This document shows, piece after piece, positions 11,401-26,400 of a DNA stretch of 64,000 nt. Origin of the DNA: Tubiluchus corallicola. Lineage: Eukaryota > Animalia > Priapulida. How positions within the stretch are numbered: the stretch's first letter is position 1; each line of letters opens with the position of its first letter. The translations under genes were made by a program, and so were the position numbers. The notes beneath the pieces were generated by a model. It saw only the letters and a program-made list of their open reading frames with translations, did no database searches and was not told where the DNA came from. The stretch spans positions 467,043 through 531,042 of the forward strand of contig JAQGDQ010000134.1 in the NCBI GenBank assembly GCA_030141605.1, in the 5' to 3' direction.

Positions 11401-14400
11401 CTGTGAGATTCTGTTTCATACACTCACTACTATTCGTTGTGATCTAAACGAAAAAAAAAATTTATGTTCACATGTATGTTTTTGAATTGGAGTTCAGCAG
11501 ATGCTCTTAACACAACAGTTCGACGAAATATTAACAATATTTAACCCACTGCCAAGACACCTAATACTATTCCTTTAAACTTGATTCATTTTACAGATTT
11601 TACCTGCTAATTTTTCATGAAAAACTTTTCTTCAGACATGGATACAAACTGTAATATTTAACAATTACAATAATCTCTTGTACTTTTAATCACATGACAC
11701 AGTTTGTAAAGAAACATGGTTTGCGGTTTTGAATAAGTGAAGTCTATAAAATAAATGTCAAGTTAAAAATCAAAATAAACAGACAAAAACCAATTAAATT
11801 ATATGCAAATCTAATTTAACAAGCTAGGGTAGTGAAAAAGGTAAGCGCTATTTGAAAACTCTAGTAACTCTTAAATGAAAATAAACCAGGAGCAAAAGCT
11901 AAAAAATGCCTTCATTAAAGTTAATCAAACTCTGTTTATATCAAAACCGTTTATATCAAATTTGACATTTTTACTTCAATACTTTTATCAAATAACATTA
12001 GGTCAGAATTTCTATAGCAACAATTTGTATTTATCTAAAACAGATTTTCTTTTAAAATTAATTTATTTACTATAATTTTATAAATATCTTTACTTCAGCT
12101 AACTTTTTGATTGACCATAGAACTGAAAAATGCAAAATTCATGGATAAACACTAATCCATGCCCCTTCTAAACAAAACAGGAAACAAATTTACTAAACAA
12201 AGTTTAAACTAGAATGTGTTACTGAAATTCAAACAAATAAGTTACTAAATCAAAGGTGCTCTACAAAATATTATTAGTGCAAAACAGTTTTTAAAATTAT
12301 GACACTATGAAACAAAATTGTTAAGATAAATCATTCAAATCATCTAAATAAAGGTTCATGTTTTACCACGGCTTCACCCGTTTGCTGATTGTACTCTTGT
12401 GCTGTTACCTAAGACAAATTGTGCGATTTGTTACTTACAAAGAGCACACATACTCGACCACAAATTGTGCTGTGAAGGAAACAATTGTACAACAGCGAAA
12501 TACATGAAGCTACAAAAGGAGACATAGATCACCATTGTTGACTCACATAAAAATTGCAAAAGTATTTCAGTGTAAGTAAAAGTTCTATTCAAAGTTAACA
12601 ACATTTCCATAAATACCAAAAAATTCATGCAAGGTTACAAGGTTACTCACAAAGCACAACAATTAATTTAACAACAATCAGACAAGGCCACGTTGTTATT
12701 TTATGATAATGCGGGAAATATAGCAACAATGGTTTTAAATGGTGCATGGAACACAACAACAATAGCTAGGAATATATAAACAATAGTGACATGTTTATAG
12801 GTAAAACCAGGCTACACTAATCAATAAATAAGCTGCAATTGTTGTTGCTACAGTGCAGTCAAATTTTGCATAAAAAAGTTTAGAGTTTTTTGCCTAAATA
12901 TAGCAAGCTACTAGTATCAAGTTGAATCAATATAATGCAAAACACAATGCATTTGTTTTAGTTGAAGCTTTACAATAAGAAGGAGAACTCCATGTGCTAA
13001 TGCTTATGCAGCCATAACTACTTAGGAAATAATACTGTTTGCAAAAAATACGAATGTCTAAGATAACAATCTTAGTAAAAATACAACACTGAGGATCATA
13101 TTTAATGTCATTAAAAAAAACAAAAACATCATCACATTATATAGCATAAAGTTAGCATACTCCCATTCATATTCTGCAAGGAGGAAGCATATTTCAGCAG
13201 GTGCGCCTTTAAGGGCTACTAATCAATATTACTTCAAAACAGATTTTTGTTTAGACCAATAAAAATTGAAGTACTAGAAATGCTTGCAGTTTCACACTTC
13301 TGAGTTATACGTATTTAGGCAAAAACGCTAAAGTTTTTGTACAGGAAAATATAAATTTAATAACTGTCGATCCCATTTACTTATAACAAAAGTCATCATG
13401 GAGCCAAGAAATACACAGGTAATAAAATATAGAATGATCTCACACTTCTTGACTTGAAATAGTGAAAATAACTGCAGCACCAGACACTAGCTACTCGTCA
13501 TATCTCAATGGTAATATAGTCCTTACAGTTCAATGCTCCAAAATTCAGATAAGCTAAGATTATTTTCAGTATTTCAAAGCAAAGTGGTACAAATGTGTAA
13601 CTGAAGTGTTTAGTGCTTCAACAACTACAGTCACTCACCAAACTGTGTGGATCGTAGGCATCACCAAACAGCTCATCAGCGACGTTGGTAGGACTCAGCG
13701 TACCACCCGCATCCAGTACTATGAACTGCACGGAAAATAAACAGATTTTATAAAGAGCTGTAGAGCTAATGTCATTCACGGTATTGTCACACTTTAGTGT
13801 AATGCGGTGAAAAAAGTAACTATGTTGTGACAAAGTTAAACAATGTCATGTCTGGTCGGTGAATGGAGGGCAACTGACGGGTTCAATACTTGCTCTGGAA
13901 ATTTCATTCTCCAAGTTAGTTCTTACCAAAGCTCACTGAGGAAGGAAATACTGATATCCGAACATGGCTGAGATACCTCGGTCAATCCAGTGGCTCATTT
14001 TACATGATCACAGGATCATAACATTGATAATGTGCCAGGTTCTGGTCCTACCACAATAATCCATATTAAATAGGCTCTGCCATTAAATGCAGGGTTTCTG
14101 GGAACTGCATGAAAACTACTCAGTATCTACATTAATCAGCAAAATAAAAATCAATAAAATCTATATGGGAAAATATAAAAACTTTGGCCTTAACATTTTA
14201 AACTTGGCACGTTTTAATTTCTTATAAACTTAACAAGTCCTAAGCAATTACCTGGACGAGAAGAATCAGATTCTCATCGGGCAAAACTGTCTTGAACTTC
14301 AATGCCTGTACCAACTCAAATGTTGCGGCTCTTGATAGTACCAGCTTATCTCTTTCCTGAAAGCAATTACTTAAGCATTATATAAGAATGAAGAATTTTA

Positions 14401-17400
14401 ATCGCAAAAATACAAAAATAACAAAATCTGATTTGAACCCACGATAAAAAGCCACAAGGGGTGTGACGTGATTGTGATTAGTATCTCATGTAAGTATGCC
14501 TCTGGAATATACAGAAAAAGCATTAGTTAGCAAAAGTAAGCTACCAAAAATCGAATTGAAACTGAACATATTTTTAAATGAGTATTAAACCCTAATCAGT
14601 AGTTAAGACCAGAACAATTAATTGTCTTTGTATTACGGTAACAACAAAGTTGGGCAAATAGAATGTAGCTAAATTGTGTTGATTGTATTATGCTTGAAAA
14701 ATTTTGAAGATTTTAAAAAGGAACAAAATTGAAGTGGTTTAATTATTTAAATGTATAACTTAATTTGAATAAATTCCAAATTTAAAAAAAGTGTTCGAAT
14801 CAAATTCGAACATTTGATGCTCACCCCTAGTGTGCATTGTGTAACAATGAATGCACACAAGGTTAAAAACTCATCCTACGCATTAATTTTTATTTAACAT
14901 ACTTAAACGCACATACAACACTAAACAAACCTTTGTGAATGCACGACTACACAACAAGCACAAATCCATGAGAGCTTGCAACTTGAAGGGGCAATTCTGA
15001 ATCGTGAAGCTGACGATCTTCGAAAATGGCTCCAGAATATTCTGCAAAAAGATTGAAAAACACATTAAAAACAAATTTTGCACTTGTTCTATGATTTTCA
15101 AAAGCAAAAGGTTTGGCATTAGAACACAGAACTAAAGTACACTAAGGTACAATAATGCCACACTACAGGACCTAGAAAGAAATGACTTCATCAGATACAA
15201 TAAATCCCCACTTAAAGGTTAAACCATGGCAGTGTTATTACCTAATAAACCCAAAAATTATATTCTTGATATCAAAAATTATATCAAATGATGCAAAAAT
15301 TTGAAAACAACTTACCTTTTGCTGCGCAAGTCCCGGTATCTTTAGCACACAGGCCATAATCTTAAACGCATCGGTCATGTCGCTCACATCCGATGGAAGC
15401 ATCCCTGGGAGAGCCCGGAAAAACACATCAAACAGCGATAACAGCTGATTCCACGGCCCACCCTCTAGTGGCAAACATTCCATATATATAGCCATGTTGT
15501 GCAGTAAGATCATGACACGATCATCAGCTACCCTTGAGTTCTTAACATTAAGTGCCTTGAAATAAAATAAGCATTATAAGCATCATCTACCCTGATCAAG
15601 AAATACAATTTTTAACGGTATCGGAAACATTTTACATTAGACAAGAAGTTTGAAACCCATATCTGAAATGTGCACTGCACACCGAAAAACACTGCACAAG
15701 TTGCATGAATTTGGCTATTTTAAAGTAAAAACCAAAAACACTGCAGAAGGTATCAGAAGAACATTAAGACTGTTTCCCTAGAACAAATACGTTTGTAATA
15801 ATAATACAATAATTTGCTTTTGTCTGCACATAAGTAGTCCAGTCTACCCTAAATGTAATGATGAAGCAATATCCACAAGTATTGATTATTCTTAAACCAA
15901 GCTCAAATGACAGGAAATTTGAAATCTGAAGTACAAATTTGAAATTTTGATTATAAAAATAATGTCCTAAATGAAAATTCTTTAGTTTTACCTCTAGCAG
16001 ACTGACTAAAGGAGCCCACTGGTTGAGTTCAGTAAAGTCTGCCAAAGCTGAGCAGACCATAGTGAAAAAGTCATCTGAAAAAGGCAAAGTTCTTATTTTT
16101 TGGCATAACTAATAAAGAAACGACGGGTTTGTGCAAAGCTGTGGCTCTCAATTTAAATGTGCCACTTGGAACATCTGAAAGACGAAATTGGTTTTCTCGA
16201 TGACATGTTGATACAATGAAAGATGATGAGACATAGTATTTCTCAGGAGAATAGAGAGAAAACAAAAGGTGTTACAGTACAGTACTAGAACTGCTCAAAC
16301 AAATTCAAATTATAAAAGAGAAGTTGTCAATTTGTAATATAATGTTATGCTTTTAAGTCAAAAACAGAAAATAAATTCAACAAAATTAGTAATAAAGCAG
16401 AATAAAACATTAACACAGCTTTTGGAATACAGATGAGTGAGCCAAAGTAAAGTGAAATATTGACAGGCAGTTTTCATTATAACAGTCATTTCTCACTTCA
16501 CAGCTGATCATTTTCTCACTTGGTGAGAGGATAAGATCTTGCAAACACGTTAAAGTTTGAGATTTAGTTGTTTCTGTTAAAAACATGGAAATTTTGGAAC
16601 AACAAGGTAGAAAACAGCACACTACCGTCATTGTTGCTTTGAAACAGCTGTAGGAATACTCCGTGGGAAGACAGCTGGTGTAGAACTGTGCGCAGGCATT
16701 GCTTAGCAACAGACTGGCAATTGCCCGGAATGTACCAGTTACTGAAATAAAGGTGGAAGATTTATCTAAATATTTAAAGCATTTGAAATGTATAATATTT
16801 TTTTTGTCGCAGTGCTGTTTGTTTTGTATTTTTTTGAACAGGATATTCAAGATATTTTAACATTTTATTACATTCATTGCTTGACGTTAGCTTCTCGTCA
16901 ACTAAAATCTTCTTATTGTCTGAAATTTACATTTAATTCATAAATGTGAAATATACAGTGTATAGTCAACAATCATAGTAAGTTGATTAAAACAAACACA
17001 TTGCAGTTAAAAAAGCTGAAAACTACGTTTTAGATAGCATGCTACTTTGCATACTTTTGGCAGAGTATATTCTCCGAAGTTATGAAGTGTTAACTTAACT
17101 AAAGAAAACCTAATTTTACAAAGTTTCTCAAGCTATTATCATTGCAAACAGCAACGGCAATTTCTTTTAAGTTAAGTAAAAGATTGTGAAAATCAACCTT
17201 GGCAAATCTTCTCTATATTAGTTAACGTCGAATCTATTACGATACGTATTCATTGGACTACATACTTTAATGAAAATATGCAACATTGTCATTAAGCATA
17301 CTTGCAAAAAATGACTATCTGAGTCCTCTGTTATTGAACTGTGAATTAAAAACAATCTCACCTATCCACCTGCCAGGGATACATGTGATTAGAAGCAATC

Positions 17401-20400
17401 TTTCCCACTGCTTGCAGCATGTTCGGTAACAATGGTGAAGCCATTCCTGGCTCTCTGTGAACAAATGTTTCCAAGACAACAATGCAGTAGGAGATGATTT
17501 CCTCGTCATACTGTTCCAGCATCCGACCGCATTCCACGCAGCGGTCAATCACTGTATCCTCGTTAAATCGCGCGCTCGTGGAGAGACTGGTCAGTTTTTT
17601 ACTACTGGACGTACTGGTACTGTGCTGGTCACGAAAAGCGTCTGATCGCTTGCCTTTCCTAAATAATTTAAATTATTTGGTACTATTATACAGTATACTC
17701 CACTTGGTGCAAAGCTAGATGTATTTATTAAGCAGCTGGATTTACCCTACTAAGTAGCATTTTCCACATTATTTTAGTGCATATTGTTTATTTATAACCA
17801 ATAACGAAGCCGGTACACTTAGCACTAGGTAAATTGCTCGTGAAATGTTTTTAAGTAAAATGCAATAATTTATTAGCATTTGTATAACTAAATAACTCGC
17901 GTAAAGTATGTTTACATATGATGTCTTTATGCTTTACATTTGATAAGCTGCTCGCCAAGTTAAAAAATGGCGATACATGTAACTTTATTATCAGCGATGA
18001 CTCAGCATTCGATTATTTAAGTCAATGACATTCTCGCACACAGTGGCTTATCAATTATCAGCAAGTTAGTTTAACCTAATTAGATATCTCGTCGTGTGCT
18101 TGACAGACCATTCTGCATTGTAACGTGTAAATTGGATCATTAAAGACAAAGAGTTGAGTGGAAAAAATGTGGCGTAAAACATACTAAGAGCAAAAATGCT
18201 GGTCTGGCTCAACTTGAAACGCGGGGCAATTGTGCGGTCCCACATCACAATCATCTTGTCTTGGCAGCACACCCAGGCGGTTTTATAAAGAGCAGTTTGG
18301 ATTCAATGAAAGGTGAAGTTTACTATGTTAAATCATTACACAGTTCACTTCCAGCCATAACAGCTATAATAAATGGCTAGATTTATTATACCTGGATTTA
18401 CTAAGTGAATTCTACTGTATAGCATATGTATACAACATAAAAATGCGGCAAAACCAGCTTCAAACGTAGAAAAGAATACAACTCAGCTAACTGGAAAGCA
18501 ACTTAAGACAGCTAGTGACTCATTTTTTTATACCTGGATGGCTTAGCGGAACTTGGATCCAACGAGAGTTCCTTGAGCTCAGGTAACGTCTTCTGTATAT
18601 CCAGCCCGCCGAGACCAGCCTTGCGTTTCTTCTGACGAAATTGGGGCAAACGTCCTTTCTTCTGATCTACACAGTGAAATAAATACTTATAATTTTCATT
18701 TCTGAATTTAACAAAAAAGTTTCCAATATCTTTCTGCAAACACTTAAATAGTTTATCTATAGATGTCAGTTTTATGTAAAGATGAAGACTTAATTATTTG
18801 ACTTGGCAATTTCAGCAAAAAACAAAAAAAGTCACAAAAAATACACATTTTTGAATTTGGCATTTACAAATTTTTGCCTGGATTTTACCAAAATCCACAA
18901 AAAAACAAAGAATGACATTTTTATAAACAATTCTATAGCTTCACTTTGTTTAAAGTTTTATGATTGTTTAACGACGGAGGAAGATTCAGTAACTTTTTAT
19001 AAAATTTATAAATTTATAGATTGGGCAATTTGTTTGCTAATCTAGGGGATTTCGTATACTCCAGAAAACACTATTGAGTTTGTAAGGTACTCTGTAAGTT
19101 AAAAATTATTATAATGTACACTTATAATAGTCTCTTCCTATAGACAGTCGAGGCATTCTATAAAAATAATAAGAAATCTATAAGAATCTACCTTACTATA
19201 AGAAATCTTATGAATGTTTTGTTTACTGTTAGGTATCCGTACTTGAAAATCTAAATAAGGGATATGTCAGATACAAGTTTTTAAAAACAGCTATCAAATG
19301 GTATACAAAGAATTTTAGTGCAGCATCTTACCATAATTAAAAAACCTCATTTAATCTGTAGAAACTGATTATTAACTTTGGTTGCTCACTAAAAATATGT
19401 CACTAAAATAATTTCAATCTTCAGAGCATTTTATGAAACTGATAAAAATCTTCTGAAAAATCCAAACCAATTAATTCCAGATAATTATTATTTAAAACAA
19501 TTTAAAATCATTTTAAATTTCAGAACATTTTAGGAAATTGATAAAAAACTTTTTGAAAAATCCAAAACCAACTAATTCTTGATAAAAAAATACTCTTTTA
19601 CTTGCAATGAACATAAATTGTTACCCTCTTTGTCAGATGGTTGCGGGAAAAGAGATTTTGGTCTTGAATCTTTTTTAGCTTTCGGTTCTTCACTCAAACT
19701 CTCCACGGACTCCATCGAAAGAACACGGGGAGATTCCAGTTTCCTCTGACCACTCAGATCTTCCATGGAATCCAGGGAATGGAGAACCGTAGTACGCGGA
19801 GTAGACATCCCAGGCTTCGCAAGGTTCTCTGCACTGTCCAAAGAGTGCAGCACCATCGGCTGTAGCTGCACAGTTTTACCGGAAACGTTTTCCATGCTTC
19901 CCATCGAGTGCATGACGGTCGTTCGTGGAGGTGTGGGGCTTTCACTGCCGCCACGCTTTTTGCCCGCTCCACGTTGCTTTCCACGACTGGTCAAGTCTTC
20001 CATACTATCCAGGGAATGTAATTCCATAGCCTGAGCCTGTACTGGCTGGAGCATTCTGGGTGAGCCGCTACGAGGACTCCGAGATAAATCCTCCATGCTT
20101 TGCATAGAATGCATGACCACGCCCCGTTTCTGAGACATGTCCTCAATACTGTCAAATGAATGTAACGCCATGGACTGTAAAGGTCCTGCTGATGCGTGAC
20201 CCAAATTCTCTGTGCTACCAAACGAATGCATGACCGTTGGTTGCACGCTGACACTTTGTCCGCCTCGTATGTCCTCTGCGCTGCCAATGGAATGAAGAAT
20301 GGTGGGATGCATGACATTCATGCATCCCGACTGTTGCTGGTCAAGAGAATGCAGCACATCCACTTTTATTGGAGATATGACACTTCCGTTGCCTACTTTT

Positions 20401-23400
20401 ACAGGCTCCATAATCTGAAACCGGTCCGCCGAGTCATCAACCACTTTAGGACTGACAACTGTAGCTCTTACTAATCCTAAAATATAAAGAAATACTTGAG
20501 CACTTGGTTGTTCGCAGGTCATTCAAAAAGAATGTATGACATCTTTGTGCATAAAAAGAAATTGTCTAATGAAAAATCAATACTAAATTCATGTATTCAT
20601 GACCTTATAAACCTTTGCATTTTACCATTATACATCTAGTCACGGAAATTCCACAAGACACATTGTAAAAAGATGACGACACTGTCAGGTGAAATTGCAT
20701 TAACTTGTTTACTTAAGCACAGATGGCACAGTAAACCAAACTCATTATTCAATGAACCAATACGTCTACCTAATTGGCACCTATTGGAATATTTGCGACA
20801 ATGTTTTCACTTAGAGTCGCAATGCTAGATTGTGGCATTTTTTGGTCTCTCTTGTATCCAGTCATAATAAAAAATGTGTGAGTTGACTATACAGTTTAAT
20901 GCCATAATGTTCAAACTATATTTTTTTTGTTCAATGTTGATCTTCATGTTTGTATTAGAAAACTGAAAATGGATGAATGGTTTCATTGTGCCAAAAACAT
21001 TAATTTTGACAACAAATACGCATATTGACAAACAGTAACTGACTTAACGACTCACTGACTCAAACAACAGCAAATAAATAACTTACCTGATTCAGGTATA
21101 TCTGCTGGTTCTACCATTTTCACCTGTTGACTACCGATGTAATTAGGGCTGATTCTCACGGCACCAACGTTATTCAAGCCTGAGCTGACCGTGACTGCTC
21201 CGGGGTGCACCAAGCTACTGGACACACCCATTGGTTCCATTACTGTTGGTTGCACAACCTAAATTAGCAAACATTACAAGATATACAGGAACACTAATAC
21301 AGGGTGTGCCAAAAGGAGTAATGCAGTAGAAATATTACATACATTACATAAGCATAACAAAATGAATAAAGGCTTCTTTATTATGACACAATAAACACGT
21401 AAAAAATAGCATTATATTTTTACACCCTTATTTGTACGTCCTTATTCCAATTTATTTTTACAGCAAAACTTGGTATGATCTTGATATGATACTTAGTGAA
21501 ATTATGGTACAATGCTTGCGGCATTTGTAATTGCACCATTTCTGTTAGAATATCCTGAAGTTCTATTATGAAGTTGAGATTTTTTTGCATATAAATCCAA
21601 CCTGCTTTAAAATACCAAACTGGCAAATTTATTAACAGTAAGACGACCTTAAGACAGAACACTGTAATCACTAATAACCTGAAAGGCACCAACAGGATCC
21701 ATTGCACCAAACATTCTCGCAGTGGTAGCTTTTGGTGCCAGCTCGGATGAAACCACCACCTTTGCCGGTTCCTCAAATAACGCCCTTGCTTGGACCGGTT
21801 CAGAAAGTTGCGCTCGCTCAATTCCAAAGCCTGGTCGACTTACGCCAACTTGTGAATCCATAGATACCACGGTGGGCTTGACAGAAACAGCTTGTGCCTG
21901 AACCTAGTGAGATGGACAATTACGTTGTAAGATTGCGCTTACCGCAATTCTTAAAGCTTAATCGCAATAATATTTGAAAAAGTGAAAAATGCCTTAACAA
22001 AGTTGTCAATGTAATTAGCTTGTCACAACCTTAATTTTAATACTGATAAACATAAAATAATTACATTCTACCAAATTTATGTATCCAGAAGCTGTGTACA
22101 CTAATGCATTTTTGTAACAAAGAATTTACAACCTAAATTGAAAGCTTTTTAGTGGATTCATCATACTTTTTTACAAGACACAAAAGCAAAAAGTCAAACC
22201 TCTCATACATTCACAATGGTACAGACAAATTATAGTAACTCAGTTTCTTAGTTTCTGCGTTACTCTGTTACTCACTTTTTGCATGTTACTTATTTAATTA
22301 CTACCGATAGAGTACCGAATGTCTATGAAATGAAGTAACTATAACTACTCACATGAGAAGGCTCTATGAACTGCAATGGCTCGCTAGTTTCGAACCCATG
22401 TAAAGCATCATGTTGTTCATCCCTGCCTTGTTCGTATGACTCATCAAATGCCTTTAGTTCTTCGGCCATTTGGCATTCGACTCTCATAGCTGTGTCGTAG
22501 GTAACGCAGTGAACCTAAAATATTAAAATACATTTAGAAGAATAACTAAATTCTTCAAAATAAAATTTTATTGCTAACCGGCTTCGAACAATGCATCCAA
22601 CTTCCAACAATTAAGATATCTACCTAAAAGCAAAGAAATTTTACCAGTATGTACAAACAATTCAGAAGTACAATTCAGTAGTTAACAGCCGATGTTGTTT
22701 GATATATATGGATAATTTAATAATTTACCTTCAGACTACATATCTTAATCAGCATGAAATTGTTTTACTACTCCAGAAACAAAACATTATATTAGTAGTA
22801 AGTGTAATTTTACAACAGAAGTGTAAAATTCAGAACAGGGAAGCTAAAATTTTGGTATTGAACTCCGAGAAACACGATGCACTGTTGGTGCTGTACAAAC
22901 TTAAGTGCATTTCAGCAGTAGAGAGTGCACATACTCTTCTTTGCTGTTTAGCTTAGGTCCGATGCCTAATTTTAGTGTTGCTCCGGATATCCGATTCGTA
23001 TCTGAAAATGGAGACATTCGCGAGATTCTACAAGTATTCGTATCCGATATTATCCAGTAGTTATAGAAATTTGATATTCGAAAATATTCGCTATCCGGTT
23101 TTTGTGATGTGCAATTAAAAATGGTTTTCACACAATTTAACGATCGAAAATAACTAAATAAAATATTACCAAAAAACTTAGAGATTGTTTTAGCTGGAAG
23201 TCAATTTGAGGAAATATTCGATGATATCCGGTATTTGCTATCCGGCAAAAAAGTGTATCCGGAGCAACGTTACCTAATTTCTTTGTTCTTAGATGCCTTG
23301 ATAATGAACAGCATAGTTCGAAACCGGATGGCAATAAAATTCCATTTTGCAGAAGTAGCATATATTTCAAAAAAGTTTTGCACAATCCTAACAAAACTGT

Positions 23401-26400
23401 ATATAATCAACAAAAACGATAACTGGAGCAAGAGATTTATCTTTGGGAAATCAAAGTATTAGTAAATCACCAGACACAAAACAATTGTAAAAAAACAAAA
23501 TCACAAAACGTTTAAACACCTGACGTAATCCTCAGTTGTAAGCGTTCAAAGAATACACATTTGTAGTTAGCAAACCAGAAAGTAAGGTCGACTTTGCAGG
23601 GAATTTACAAACCTTTAAATCTTCTTCGTCATCAGCCAAGCTGGCTTCTTTTTCCAAAGTACGTTTAGCTCTCTCTAGTGTCTCCAAGGTTTTCACTTCT
23701 GTGACACGAGGAGCAATGGCTATAGGCTTCATTGTTAGAGATTCTAATTCTTCGACATCTTCTTCCACATCATCATAGTTTTCTCTAAACAACGAGAAAC
23801 AACATTACTCTAAATAAACAAACAAACAAACAAACAATGTTACAAGTGGTTCATTGCTTGCTCTGAATGCCTCTATTTCCAGCATTTACTAAAACAGTTA
23901 TAGAGTTGCAAAGCTTATCATGTCACAGCTACTTTTTAAAGATAAAAATTTGTTATTGACATGCAATTGGTGAGATTTTGGCATACTTCTTCACATTATG
24001 ACATTCATCCATAAATGGCAAACAAGACTGTAAACACAAACACAAATAATGAAGTATAGTCCAAGTTATTTAAACCACGGTCAAAGCCAAAAGTAAGACC
24101 AATTACAAGTAAATATGTTAAGGATATTTTTAATTGCTATACCAAAGTCAGTTAATCAAACTCAAAGATCCAACGGCCATAAATGCTGTAAAAAAATTGG
24201 CATTTATAGTTTTTGCATGACCTTTAGTCAGTACAACATTATTAACAATATAATTTAGCTGACTGTTGATTTACAAGAATCAGTAATAAAAATACATTTT
24301 CCAACATTTGCAAAATAAGTAAATTCAGAACAAATGCCTCCTAACTTACCTGTTGCGATCCCACTGAGAACCAGGGCCACCCGCATTGGGATCAGCCTTC
24401 TCCGAGGTTGGAGTCTGTGGAGGAGTGTCGCCTTCCTGTATGTTTTCGAGGTCACCTATAGACAAGTTGCTGACGTCTAAAAATGTGGACAAAAAAACAC
24501 GTGATGACGAACAAGCAGGCACTAAGACATCCAGCTAAAGTGTCAAGCGAGACAAAAATGCTGCTGCACGGTGCAGATTGTACCAGTTTAACTGATTAAC
24601 TGCTAGCCGAATAACAGATGTTATATCACTGGTAGTTAATGAGTTAAATAATGAATGTTACACAATACTGACTGACAGTGTTTACTTATTATGCACTCAG
24701 TTCATCTACCAAGGTTTGACACTAATGTGCTGTGCGATCGTATCAGTAATGTTAGAAGAAAACGAAGAACACTTTTCTAATGCAACTATTATTGATTGTA
24801 CACACACACAAAATCCAACAAAATTTGTGAAACAATGAATATTTTTACTGCTCACTTTTCTAAAACAATAAAGCACGTTAATACAAAATCACTGTCACTG
24901 TTAACGCCTTGCAACAGTCTACGCACTTAAAAAGTTTTATACTTCTTTCGACTGCATCTAATGGGCCGCTCAGATGTTTTACCTGCATAATGCAATATTG
25001 TCAGTGAGCCTTGCAACATATACGGCTTGGGCTTAGTGTTAATGCTGTTTAATAACGTGTTACCTTCATAGTTACTGAATAAAAAAAAACTTTTATTTTT
25101 TAGCAAAACTGGAAATTATTCACACTTGTAAAATATTTTTGGAATGGATCTGTGATGGGGAAAACAAAGTCTTAAAATAAAAATGACAGCCAGCACCCAC
25201 TTAAGAAAAGACATGACTTTTATTCAGCCATCTGCAACAGAGACTGTTGTAGACGTTGTATCTGAATAAAACCCATGACCCATGTTTTTTCTTAAGTGGG
25301 TGCTGGCTGTCATTTTTATTTTTGGAACAGTGTACAATGAAATTTCTTACACCGCAGACATGATGAACGGAATTTGCCTTGTACATTTTGTGCACGAGGC
25401 AAGTAAAAATGCTTTTTTCTTTGAAAAGACAAACATCCAAATTGTATAATGCACTGTTTATTATTAGAATAGTTAGCACCAATTTCGAGTACATAGGAAA
25501 GTTATGTAACACTTAATAGTTGACAGCAACAATATTAGTTCACGTGTGCTATAAGTTAGAAGAGTAGTATGAACATATACAGCTATACACAACATATGTT
25601 TGAATACATGACATAACTTTTCTAGCTTTGAATCAACAACATAGATGTGAACTGTGTGTACACAATAGAATGCCACACAAAAATCATTGTGCAAGTAATA
25701 AGTCATATGTGAGTCATTTATTTCACGACACATTTAGACGAGAAGTAATACACACACGTAAAACAAAGTAATTTTGCAAATAACTTAATAAAGTTGCAGC
25801 TTCAGTTCAGTTAGACTAACTCAAACAGTTTAGATTTTAAGTTCTTCCAACGTATTACTTAGATACATACTTGCTAAAAAAGAAATGGAAAATGACGACT
25901 AGACAAAAAAGGGGTAAAATAATGCAAAAAATTCAAACGTGACAGTGAATCGATATCAAGAACAAGTGAAATTGAAAAAATAAAAAAAAAAATTGGCAAG
26001 AATAATGCTGGTACTGAGAAAAATCCAGAACGACAGAAAAGAACAGTTAAGCAGGCAAGAAACGACGATGTTGAAAATTCGAACAAACTGCAACGTTAAC
26101 ACGACAGCGATGCCCTAATTGAAGAATTTAACGAATCTGAGAAAAAAATGAATACGCCAAGAGCAACCATTAAGAAAACTACAGCAAAACAGAGAGAAAG
26201 AGAGAGTTTTACAGTCTACCTGAATCCATGTGTAGGTCTGTTTTGGGTGCAGGCAAAATAAAAATCACAACAAACTACAGCGGTGAATAAGACTAAAAAC
26301 TGTGATTGAGTGGTGCAGAACAAACCCTAACAGAGTGTGTGGTAAAAGCTACATGTAGGTGTGTAAGTGTATGGGGAGTGAAAAGGGTCAGAGTGCTTTC

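Noticed and set aside
13936-13970. CTGAGGA...GAAC hammerhead-like motif
   Set aside because: Core is GAAC rather than GAAA, with no valid helix I or II closure.
19754-20474. Several alternative-frame and antisense ORFs over the large exon
   Set aside because: By-products of the GC-rich unc-79 exon 36; the same applies to shadow ORFs at 17315-17718, 35558-35952 and 52212-52564.
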